A stretch of DNA of 64,000 nucleotides, taken from contig NC_135256.1 of assembly GCF_964204865.1 (NCBI RefSeq), forward strand, positions 13,268,001 to 13,332,000, given 5' to 3'. The first letter of the stretch is position 1. Every line of letters begins with the position of its first letter. This document shows, in pieces, positions 27,065-38,321 of this stretch. The DNA is from Styela clava. Lineage: Eukaryota. The translations under genes were made by a program, and so were the position numbers. Below the pieces are notes generated by a model. That model ran no database searches and was not told where the DNA came from. It saw only the letters and a list, made by a program, of their open reading frames with translations.

Positions 27065-30037
27065 ATGGGATGTGGATCCAGCAAGAGTGTCACAACTAAA
27101 AGTGGAACAGGTGATATTCCTAAAACTGTTGAACACAAAACTGATTCAGAAAATTTACAGACAGTACCAGAAGTCACTGAAAATGCCAAAATCAGTAACA
27201 AGGTTGCAGATAATACTGAAGTTTACAGGGATACAGAAGAATTAAATCAGTGTAATGCTGTAAATCAAAATCAAGAGGAGAATAGAGAACAAATACTGGA
27301 TCCCAAGCATAAAGATGCAGAAGAATCACTAACTCCTGCTCATTCATTTGCTTCTGATGATCTTGAAAATTTAGAAGATACTCTTGCTGATGAAACCGTG
27401 TTGAATGTATTACAAAACATCCAATCATTAAATGCAAAACCTGAAAATGTTGAAATTAAAAGCAAGACATCATCTCAAAAGCATGTGGAATTCGATTTGA
27501 GTCCACAGCTTGAGAGTCTCTCTGACAATGAATCAACCAACGTATCAACACCAATTCCAAGTGCTCAACCAGTCGATGGAAAACTGCCTGCTAACAATTT
27601 AAAAAACTCTGAAATCTTTTTCAATGCCTTGCATAAAGCATGCTCTGTGGCAGATAACAGTCAATTGCCAATATTAGCAGTACAAAGTGATTTGCTTAGA
27701 CTTGATCGCACGTTTTATTGCTTCAAAGGTGCCGATTTACTTATTGATATCACAAGCAAAATGAGTAATTTGTGCATTTTAGATCTGCATGGTGGACAAT
27801 GTGGACCTGTTGCATTCCGAGCAATTGTTAATGCTTTAATCAATGACCATCATATCAGGAACCTAAATTTATCAGACAATTTAGCAAACCCAGAATGTTC
27901 TGAGATGTTGGGGCAGCTTCTTTCAAAAAATACAACCCTTCAACATTTGAATGTGTCTGGAAACTTGCTTGGTAAAGATGCATTCTCGAGATATGTTGGC
28001 ACTGCATTACAAGAAAACTCATCTTTGAAGTCTTTAGATCTATCCAGCTGTGGTGCAACAGATTTACACTGCCTTTGTGAATCATTGAGAAATTCAACCT
28101 GTTCAGCAATGTCCACACTAATTGCCAGTCATAATCAGATAACTGATGGTCATCAATTTGCAATTGACCTGTCTTTAATACTTGAGAATGCAAATTGTGA
28201 ATTAAAATTTTTGGATGTTACTAATACTAATATATCAAGCTCAGGAATGAATGCTATTGTGGCATGTCTCAAAAATAATCAAACGCTAGAAAAGATGCTT
28301 ATTGGGCAAAATTCAATCGCTGATGTTGTCAGGCTTGGTGAGTTTATTGTAAATGCAGCTACTCATGATTGTTTGCAAGAAATTTCATTGAATAAAACTA
28401 AAATTGAAGGAGATTCATCAGAAAACATCGAAATACTTATGAATGATAAAGAAACAAGTACTTTGACCCATATTGGTATTGCGGACTGTGGGCTAACTGA
28501 TACTTTTCTCCAAAAACTTGCTTCTTGTCTAGACGGCAAGCTTTCAAAACTCGAATATTTGGATATATCTAACAACAATGACCTCAGCATTGATTGTATT
28601 AAACTTTTTGACAAAATGTGCAAAGGAAGTTTGAAATCTCTAAAAATTGCATTGCTGGAAAAGTTGGATGGGATATCCTCAATAATTTCACAATTTTCCA
28701 GCTTAGTCACAATTGATTTTACAAGATCAAGGATAAGTCCAACAGAGCTCAATAATATTTCATCAACATGTCAGCAAACATTTCAGAGCATTACTTTAAA
28801 TGGTGTCAAGCTGAGTGGAACTCCAGCTCTCAAATCCGTTATGACTGCTAACTGCTTTTCATCTCTCTCCTTTATCAGCTTATCTGGGTGTCAACTCAAT
28901 GATGCAGATTCTCAACCCATATATGATGCAATCAAGTCTCCTAAAGTCCCAATAGAGCAAATAGACCTTTCTGTAAATAGATTATCAAGTATATTCCTTT
29001 CCGGACTTACAGAGGCATTATTAGTACACGACTCCCATTCGTTAACAGACCTTAACTTGGCTAATAATGACATCGATGACTCTGGTTTGATATGTTTGAC
29101 AAAAATTTGGCAAACCTCCTCACATACATCCACACTGGAAAACATTAATCTGTCTTGCAATTCCATATCTGCGTCGTCTATTGTCAACTTTTTCAGTATT
29201 TTCAAAGCTCAAAGGTTTAATCTTAATGTTCTTGATTTGAGAAATCAAAATGAACCTTTTGGCGAAGAAGATATTACAGTTTTAGCTTCGACTCTAGAAG
29301 AAGTCTTTTTCAAACAAGGCACTGCTTCACAGAATGTTCATTTTACTATTGCTTTGTGTGGATTAGGGGGAACAGATGTGCCCCAGTTTTGCTTGCTTGA
29401 TTCTTCAGCCATACAAACTGATTTTGGAAATTTACGCAAAACTGCAATAACTTTAAATGATGTATTACAAATTGGTAAAGGACTAAGGATTCTAAATGAA
29501 GGCGATTCAAGAAACTCACCATATAATCTCAGTATAAAAGCATGGAATAACATTATTGGCTCTGATGCACCTAAATGGGCTTCAGTGACAACAGAGCTCG
29601 AGAAATCTGTATATATTAGTCATACTCCTGGCACGGTGACACAGCAGCGACTGCAAGGAACATTGGAAATGGATGCTGACTGTGAGGTAAAAGACATATT
29701 CCTGGTAAAAGATCCAATTATGAGAAAACCAACTGGGGCAGCATGGGTCCTGTTTGAAAATAAAATGTCAAAAAATAATGCTATTAAGTGGTATACATCA
29801 GGATATGCGCAGATGTATGGGACTCCATTTTTGATTAGTGAAATACCTGTTTGTATATCTGATGAAACAACAAATGCAGAATCACTCGCAAAACAGGACA
29901 TTGCGGCTCGAGAACTTGAAGAGAAAAAGAAGCAGGAATTAGATAGGCGTATGATGGAGGAGAATGAACAATTAGCTGCTGAACGTGCTCAATACCGTGC
30001 TGCCCATCCAGCTTACCAAGGTGGCAGAATATCCTAA
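27065..30037 (+). CDS. RNI-like leucine-rich-repeat protein with N-terminal MGCGSSK acylation motif and C-terminal RRM-like domain (990 aa, single coding exon)
   Basis: Long open frame; repeated LxxLxLSxNxl units (e.g. IRNLNLSDN, LQHLNVSGNLLG, LTDLNLANNDIDDSG). The likely ATG is 27065, 2 nt after an AG; the ORF track start at 27056 is a TTG. Confidence 0.85.
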   Translation: MGCGSSKSVTTKSGTGDIPKTVEHKTDSENLQTVPEVTENAKISNKVADNTEVYRDTEELNQCNAVNQNQEENREQILDPKHKDAEESLTPAHSFASDDLENLEDTLADETVLNVLQNIQSLNAKPENVEIKSKTSSQKHVEFDLSPQLESLSDNESTNVSTPIPSAQPVDGKLPANNLKNSEIFFNALHKACSVADNSQLPILAVQSDLLRLDRTFYCFKGADLLIDITSKMSNLCILDLHGGQCGPVAFRAIVNALINDHHIRNLNLSDNLANPECSEMLGQLLSKNTTLQHLNVSGNLLGKDAFSRYVGTALQENSSLKSLDLSSCGATDLHCLCESLRNSTCSAMSTLIASHNQITDGHQFAIDLSLILENANCELKFLDVTNTNISSSGMNAIVACLKNNQTLEKMLIGQNSIADVVRLGEFIVNAATHDCLQEISLNKTKIEGDSSENIEILMNDKETSTLTHIGIADCGLTDTFLQKLASCLDGKLSKLEYLDISNNNDLSIDCIKLFDKMCKGSLKSLKIALLEKLDGISSIISQFSSLVTIDFTRSRISPTELNNISSTCQQTFQSITLNGVKLSGTPALKSVMTANCFSSLSFISLSGCQLNDADSQPIYDAIKSPKVPIEQIDLSVNRLSSIFLSGLTEALLVHDSHSLTDLNLANNDIDDSGLICLTKIWQTSSHTSTLENINLSCNSISASSIVNFFSIFKAQRFNLNVLDLRNQNEPFGEEDITVLASTLEEVFFKQGTASQNVHFTIALCGLGGTDVPQFCLLDSSAIQTDFGNLRKTAITLNDVLQIGKGLRILNEGDSRNSPYNLSIKAWNNIIGSDAPKWASVTTELEKSVYISHTPGTVTQQRLQGTLEMDADCEVKDIFLVKDPIMRKPTGAAWVLFENKMSKNNAIKWYTSGYAQMYGTPFLISEIPVCISDETTNAESLAKQDIAARELEEKKKQELDRRMMEENEQLAAERAQYRAAHPAYQGGRIS

Positions 30038-31806
30038 ATCTTCAATATATTACTGTTTTTTACTATGTGTACATATATGTATTTCTCCAAGATGAATTTT
30101 AATGGCATACAACTAAGTGGCCTTTTATTGCTATAAATAAACCAACTGTGATTTATAGATCAATATTTTTCATATTGCTTGGACTTGCCAAAAATACTGT
30201 TTTATTTATCTAAAATTTGAGCTTTTCAATACAAATATTATATGTAAAAGTGTTGGTGTGGATGATTTATCGAAATACGAGCATTAAAACAGACAGCATA
30301 CAGTACTGATCAGTTAAATAAATATTATAATATACTTTAATTGCAGAAATGTCACTTGCAACTAGGAATTAATATATTAAAGTCTTCACAGTTTTCGAAC
30401 CAGGAAAGTCGATTTCGTTCCGGTTTAGGGATAAATTCGTTATTTCAACTAAAATTTATAAAAAGACTAAAAACTGCTTATATCGAAATTCTCCAAATTC
30501 ATAAATTAGATCGATAAAGGACCCGTTGTAATTATACAACAGATGCCAACCAAAAATATAATTGGATCGATGACACCAGATGCTAATTAGTATTCCAACC
30601 CGAATCGATAACCCTAATGGAATCGATATCACCATACGCACATACGTATAAAAGGTTTCGATTGGATATTTGGGGGTAAGGTATTGAAGAAGTCATGTAT
30701 TGAGAGGTCTTGTACTAGGAGTCGAATCTTCTTGATAAGTGTCGTCTCGTTTCTCGATGTCGTCATGTCTTAACAATCTTCTGTATTCTGTGTCTACAAC
30801 ATTAAACTACATCTACAACGTCAAAACGTGTACTTCATTGGCTAAACCCGTAATTTTGTTTGGAGGGGGGCGGTTGTTCCAATACAATTCCTTTTGGCAT
30901 TCTTTAAAACGCGACACTCAATGGAACAAAAAAATCATATAACAGAAATGACTGAAAATGAGCAAAACTTAAGAATAAAGTTTATGTAACGCAAGTTCAC
31001 CAAAAATTACACAACTAATATTACTTTTAAAAAGTCTCGATGAGCAGCAATGACAGGCATCTCATATGATAGAAAAGTGAAGCATTCTTACTAATCAAAA
31101 CAATTACAATAAGTTGATAGTGTGCCAACCGAATCAACGAGTTTGAGTAAGAATTAGATGTGATTGAAGAGAATGCAAACACTCCTACATGCAGATACCA
31201 AAATTGGAAAGAATCCGAATTGCATGTAAGAAATTATAATGAAGTTTTCCACAGATGTAGAATGAACGAGGCAATTCATTGCTTTAAATGAAACTATTTG
31301 TTTACTAGTATCACTTCATTGATCCGAACGTTTTTTAACACACACAAAAAATTTTCACCACTGACAGATTGACTATTATCATATATACAGTACAGTACAT
31401 GTATTTATCTCGTTTAGGTTCCGTTTTTAGAGTTGTGTGTATGAGGCATTGATCTTCGGTGCCCTTACAAATGTAGAAAGTCGTTGCTTTGAGTTTTAAA
31501 TCATGCTGCACAAAATTCAAAATTCTAATTTACCGACTGATACTGCCTGCATTCACTCGCAGAATCTGGGTCGTAATATTTTACTGTGTTCCCAGTGCAG
31601 TTGCTTTAGCCGTGTGCGGCCACCTAAGTTACAACACCCGGGGAATACCCGAGGAAACTTTTGATTTAAGTCAAGTCAAGTTTAGGCGAGACCGCGGACG
31701 TACCGTAACCGGGATAGGAAATAGCGTACACTGGTAGAGGTGCTTTGACTTGATATAGTCCTTTAGATCGCTAGTATAGTTTTATAGATTAGCTCGATTA
31801 TTGTCA

Positions 31807-34800
31807 ATGGGGGTTTTACAACGTGCTATAAACATCACATTTGCATATTTGGCAATTTGTTTTATTGGAAGCATATGGCTCGCCCATAAGTCATATGAAT
31901 TTCATCTGAGTGAAGTTGAAGTTGTTGCCCAAGATTGGTCTGGTGAGTCTATTATTAAATCTATACTCATTTAATCTTATATCTATGAATCACGAAAATT
32001 GTGCATGTCAATCTAAATGGTATATCGAGCAAATTATTATAGTATTTGACGTGACCATCTTTTCTTCTTTGTTTGAGGTGAAATGGGGCGGACTTCGAAG
32101 GCCGGGGACACTGACCAATCAGCAATAAGTCAACATTCCATTTGGAAATTATGGAGCCCATCACACATATATGAGCATGGTTATAAATATTGCCTCATTT
32201 TTGTGCATTTTCAAGTTATTTTTCAATTCTTATTTTGTATTCCCAGGAGCTTTAGTTAAGTTGCAGTAATTATAAATTTTCCTCCAAAAATGATGTGATA
32301 GACTAGGGTGAAAGTAGCTATCAGTACCGTACCTTAAGCGGCCCATGGTTGAATATTTTTATGAAAAATGATGGTTTTGATCATGTAAACCAGTTTGTAA
32401 GTACCAAAACACTCTCAAAGTAAGCATCAGTTTTGCAATAGTAAAGTATAGAAATAATTTTTCTGCGGTCAAGGGCCAATTTCGCAAAAGTAAAGTATAG
32501 GGAGAATTTTTCTGCGGCCAAGGGCCAGGGAATCAAATATTATTATTGGATGGATGAACCACAAAAAAATAATATAGCAGGAAATGCATTGCCATTAAAA
32601 AGGGCAAAAATCTGAAAATAATCTATTGAAGAAATAATTTAAATTCTTACGTGGCAAATTAATTATGCCTATGTTAAGAAATTAATTCAAAATTAAGGAA
32701 TAATTGAATATTATTAGAACTGTGTTTTGATACAGCATAAGTACTATTATTTTTGCTGTACTTATGTACATACATACTTTTATATTTTCAGAAAGTCCCC
32801 TAAAAACGCCATCTGTCGTGATATCTGAATCTATCGAAGGTATTCGTCAACAATTTATGAAAAAACATGAACAAGTTTTGACTGAAAACAAATTCCCTGC
32901 TTTGCAACTGAGCACAGGTATTTTATATGATATTTATAGAACAGGGATCAGCAAACTGTGGCCCTCGAACAAATGGCCCTTGCCCCAATATAATATGTGT
33001 ATATTTATGTCGTAACAATGACTTTTGTACGGTGTTTGTGTTGAATAAGTGGAGAAAGTACATGCTAGTTGTATCATATGTTAATTGTTAGTTTAGTTTA
33101 TCCATCAAAATTAGCTTTAGAATATCTGGGAAATGTAGGTTGTCGTTATCGATGAGGATTGATTAGCCGAACCAACTGTAAGAGCGCCATATTGGCCCAG
33201 TGGAACACAAAGTAAGTGTGTATGTTTGGCCCAGTAGTACATAAAGTTTCTCAACCACTGTTGTATGTATATATATATATATCACACTTTCTAAGAAAAT
33301 GCATAGATAGAGTAATATTGTAGAATGTAGATATTGAATCAGCAATTTTCATTCCAGAAAAAGCAGCATCAGACAGATAACCCAATATAGTTATTGCTGT
33401 AGTACATCTGACAGAGTAGACACTTTGATAGAGATGGTGGTACCATATTTCAAGAGTCAAATGAGGTCAGATAAGAATGTGAGCAAAGGTCACTGGTTGA
33501 AAGTCATTAATTGCTGAGCAGTTAGAGCAGGGTGGTTCAAAGTTGATAGCCTCGCGGGCCACACTATTATTTTGGATGTGTTCGCGGGCCACAAGAGTGT
33601 AGCTTATAAATAACGGCAGATTGATTGAATACAGAATTTTACCAAATTTGAGATACGGGAGGGTAATTACTAAATTTTCTGACATATAGGCAACATTTTT
33701 TGTTAAACCGTTTGTGCTGATTGCGAAAAACCACCCAGCAGGAATTATATTGTTCGGCCATAACATTAATATGTAGTTATCAGGCATAGCCAACCTAGGC
33801 TAATAAATTCTTCATTCGATTTTCAGTTATTTATGAAGCCTTTTGTTTAGCATATACATTTTGCTAGCATATATTCCCGACCCAAAAGATAGAAAAAGCC
33901 AGTTAACAAATCAGACTAGCCAAGCACATTATTCAACTTCGCTGGTTGCCTCAGCTAGCCATAACACTAGTCAATTAGGATAGGATAGGATTTACATATT
34001 CATCCAGGGGAGAGGAAAGTTGATAAGACGGCTCAATCATATGGTGAACCACGGCCTCTCGTCCGGTTACCAGTCCAGGTCGGGTATGGGATTAGTTAGC
34101 CAGTTATTTGTTTTCGGAAGTATGGACTTGATGGTGGAGGAAGCCGTTTTCGACCAGCGGTTACGTGAACCACCCTACGGCGGCGAGCAGTCCAGCAATC
34201 CTCTCGCACATGATCAGCCTTGCATGGGATTCGAACCTGCGAACCCACGAAGGGTAATCAGAGATGCGGGGGCGAGCGTATTCCTAACGTTGAGCACGAT
34301 GCGCCACACCGCCGACCAATTCAGTGATATTAGTGATGTAACAATATGTCAAAAGATTTTTCTGGTTATTTTTATGACGAAACAACACCAAATTTTGTTT
34401 TGTTCGATTTTTTGTTTACCCTCTCGCAATGGCAACTCGGGCCATAGATAATGAAGCACATGTGGCCCGCAGGCCTGGTTTGGACCACCCTGAGATAGAG
34501 TCACATTAAGAGATGATTGTTGAATATAATAAAATCTAGAAATAGAAATTATAATATATTGAATTCAAACGATCAAATTCCTATCAGAAAGAATGTTGGA
34601 CAAGTAAATCTTATGTTTTGAATTTTGTACTGGTATTGGAAACTCGATTCATATAATTGGAAACTTGATTTATACAATAGGGGGGGGGTGGATGACGATC
34701 TGAAGCAACTGAATAAACTGATTAGACCCAAACATTGTGAACATGTTGTTGAATTGTTTATATATCTTATTTGACGTTACTTGATATTGTTATCATGATT

Positions 34801-37800
34801 GTTTCAGAGATTCACTCTCTGTATAATTATCTTGTGTTCATTGACTTTTCTGATGATCGACACTGATATATAACTTCAACATTACAGGGGGTATTCATGG
34901 ATTAGTTCACTTGCTGTATGGATCATTATCTGAATTCCTCATTGTATATCATGCTCCATTACAGACAAGTGGCAGCAGTGGTAAGCATCTTATATGCATA
35001 TATGATCAAAAATATTTAAAAGTAATAATATCAATTTAAATTGTCGATATAGTTGAAATATTTTGCGCAAATTGTTAACAATAATAGACTCTTAGAAAAG
35101 AATCAATTTTCAGTTTTAAATATGATAAATTTTATTTACATCGTTTTCAATATGATATATCAGGAATAACAATTTATAGAAATCTTGACCACCTCTAAAA
35201 TATTCGCATCCTAACTTATGGTGATTTCAAAACTCCAGGATGTGACAATAATTAGCTACCTGTAACTGTTCATGTACTTAGGTATGTAAATCTTTACTTT
35301 AAGTCAGGGGTCACCAAACTTTTTTGACCGCGGGCCGGATATGACTCAAATTGTGTTGAAACGGGCTGGATGAATATTTTTGTCAATGCAATACAATAAA
35401 TTCACAAATGTGGGGAATATCGCAGAATATAGATCGAGAACATTCTAGTGAAAAAAATTAACATGATTTCCATATCGAGACAACTATCCTGAGTTTAGAT
35501 GTTATCAAAACGTTGCTGTCATGAATTAGAAATGTTATAAAATCCGCGGCCAAAAATGTACGCATCACATCTGCTAGGTACCGTTACGTCGTGTTGAAAT
35601 ACCGCTTATAAAAACGACTGCCTGCTGTAGCTTGGAATTCTATGAAATTTTGACATAATTTAGATAAAATAAACAACTATTATCTGGTATTTGATTTTCT
35701 CATTAGCGCATAAATTTCCCAACATTCGACGCTTTCAAAAATTACGCTCCAGTTATACGTAGCGCAAATTAATGATATTGTCTATGGACACCAATAAAAT
35801 TTATATGGACGTGTGTATTTCTTTCCTAACTTGATACAATTTTTATGAAGTTCGTACAATCAAAACATCGTTAATTATTACCCACAATGAACCACTGTCA
35901 AACTATCATGCACTCCAGCGTTTATTTACGACGATCTTTTGGCGGTGTCAATGACCGTTGCCAGAATAAAATCCTGAAATAGTCTCAATATACCATAGAT
36001 GTGACGCACAACGAAAGATTAGTGATTGATATGTGTTATTTTTCCATATTTAGTTCAGTTCTTATCAAAAAAGTAATACAATCATTATGGAAAAAATTGG
36101 CCTGTCGGGCGGTACTAAAATTCCGATATCTCCGTTATTTCTTGACCGTTTATTATAAACTTGGTAGTGTTTTCTATTTTTACTCAGATCTTTCCACTGG
36201 AGCAGTTTTTATTTAAATCGGATGAACTTTAATTTTTTTGTAACATACCTACATGAATATCCGCATTAAAGCAGTACAAAAGTTAGTGTGGCTTTTGAAA
36301 TTGAAGCAGTAGGCGAGGGATTACAGTACTGTTAGCACAAAATGCACATTCGACGTTTATTTTAGCACAAAAAACAAACAGTTCCGTCGAAAGCACGCGC
36401 CACGAGTGTTCAAGTGTATCGCAGAAAACGTTACTGCTGGTAGCATTCAAAGTTGCAAAAACGAAGTTTTGTTTACAACCACGACTGAAAATCTGTCAGG
36501 GTGACAAAAGTGTCTGAGCGGATGCGGAAAGGCCTATTATTACGTCACTTTTTTGCATCTTGCCAATTGGCCAATGTTACGAAATAAACAAGGACGACGA
36601 CGCTAGTGAAAATCTCCCTTTGAAAAAAATTTAGCCATTTCTGTGTGTTATTGCAGACCGGATAAAATGACGCCGCGGGCCGGATAAAATGACGTCGCGG
36701 GCCGGATTCGGCCCGCGGGCCGTAGTTTGGTGACCCCTGCTTTAAGTGGCAATACAAGGTGATGATTTGTAACAGTGAGTGAAGTACCATTCTTTGCCAA
36801 TACTGTATTATTTTCATTCCAGGGCGTCATCTCATAACAATGTCAATTACTGTATTGCAAGGAAGTGTGAAAGTAGTGAATGAAAGAACTGGAAAATATG
36901 TTCAATATAGTACAAGTGTGTATGACAAAATAGTTCAGTAAGAGTCTAAAACGACTCCATGTATCTGCAAAATAGTACCCGAATCACAAAAATCAAATTC
37001 TTTACATTGCTTATTGAGTATACAATTTTATGAGATGCTTTTTCCCAACCATCAATTTAGAAAAGCACTGTACAAATGACCACTGATCCACTATTTATAA
37101 GGACTGGAATCTTTTCTTCTCAGCTCTGGCTGCTAATTTTTTACACTCTGGGTGCGATGGAGAGCATGGTGTTTGAACCCTAGTGTTGTAGTAGGCGATG
37201 CTAGAGCGGTCAAGTCCAACGGTCTAACCACAAGTCCATGATTAAACTTCGTACTCTTTGTGTCCATCCTTTCATTTACCCACCATAAACGATCACCTCC
37301 ACTAGTTAATTTCTTGTTTTTGAAACTTAAGTGTAACAAAAATGAATCGCTTGTATATTTTTTGATTACCGATGCATATTGCAAGTTACTGTGATGAAAT
37401 TCTCTGTTCCAGATGCTAATTACACCCACCACAATGGTGAGAGGACCTTTGTTGAATTGGAAGAAAACACTATTCTTGTAGTCTATGGTAGAGGATTAGT
37501 TCCTATGACTATGGGGTACTGGTTATGTGATAGCCTAATCAGTTCAGCAGATCCAGCAACTGCATTTTTTGCCATCTACTATTACTTTCAAGGTTTGTAT
37601 GTTGTTTATTATCATGGCATTTATATCATACATATTATTTAATATCTTTTCTTTATACAGCTATATACTCCAGTCTCACTTTAAAAGAATTTTTCATTTC
37701 ACTGTACAACGACTTATGGATGTTAGCATCAGAAGGACTGGCATCCCTTCCCATTTTGTTGAACGACATGCAAACATACGTAACATCCGTATCAGGCACT

Positions 37801-37851
37801 ATCTCAAACATTTTCCAAAGTAGAAGTAAGTCCATTATGACAGATGCATAA
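31807..37851 (+). CDS. Divergent sigma-1 receptor/ERG2 family protein (272 aa); exons 31807-31942, 32792-32917, 34888-34980, 36823-36915, 37413-37592, 37661-37851
   Basis: Hand-spliced; all introns GT-AG, phase 1. N-terminal TM then WLAHKSYEF; GGIHGLVHLLYGSLSEF, SGSSGRH, HHNGERTFVEL and YGRGLVPMT align without gaps to recalled human SIGMAR1 (GGWMGAMCLLHASLSEY, GHSGRY, HGPGEATAVEW, EYGRGVIPST). The 93-nt exon matches human exon 3. Confidence 0.88.
33528..34492. mobile_element. hAT MITE in intron 2 of the sigma-1-like gene, carrying a nested SINE
   Basis: TIR CAGGGTGGT...ACCACCCTG; TSD AGTTAGAG / AGATAGAG; SINE-free homolog at 46323-46808 in the opposite orientation. Confidence 0.88.
33977..34316 (-). 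mobile_element. Full-length tRNA-derived SINE with (ATCCT)n tail
   Basis: A/B boxes on the minus strand; 3' tandem ATCCT; flanking CAATT duplication (33972-33976 and 34317-34321). Other fragments at 4067-4226, 48589-48728 and ~57540-57603. Confidence 0.88.
35305..36739. mobile_element. Non-autonomous hAT element in intron 3 of the sigma-1-like gene
   Basis: TIR CAGGGGTCACCAAACT...AGTTTGGTGACCCCTG; perfect TSD CTTTAAGT; subterminal GCGGGCCG repeats. Confidence 0.93.
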
Positions 37852-38321
37852 ATAATCAGCTTGATATAGGATTGCGGGTTAGAGTAATCTGTGAGAGTGA
37901 GTTGTCAAATTTAGCAATTGTCAACCACGATTTTCCTATTTCAATTAAAAAATATACCATATGTAAGCCATTTTTCTATTATGATTTAGTCATTTAACAC
38001 CTCAGTGCATATTGTTTGTCTAACATTTTTATCTTTCATTGTATTTTTACACTAATTTTTCATCACAAGATTAAAAAAATATTGACTGACCGATGGCGAT
38101 GATACTTCTTATATCAAAACTTTGATACCTGCGAAGTTATGTGTTTCTTATGCTATGAAATAAATAACCGGGCCTGCTCAACTTATGCCAAGACTCAACA
38201 AACCCTGTTTACACCGAAATTACTACACATATTACACGTCTTTCACAATTTATTTCAAAAATAGAATATATAAATTCAACTGATTGAAAAATTTGAACCA
38301 CCTCATTAGATATGGCTCCGG

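Noticed and set aside
30456-30800. Decayed small membrane-protein gene on the minus strand
   Set aside because: Needs several frameshifts and matches no family I recognise.
31489-31737. Hydrophobic ORF as first exon of the sigma-1-like gene
   Set aside because: No in-frame ATG; 31807-31942 aligns better to SIGMAR1 and has a strong GTGAGT donor.
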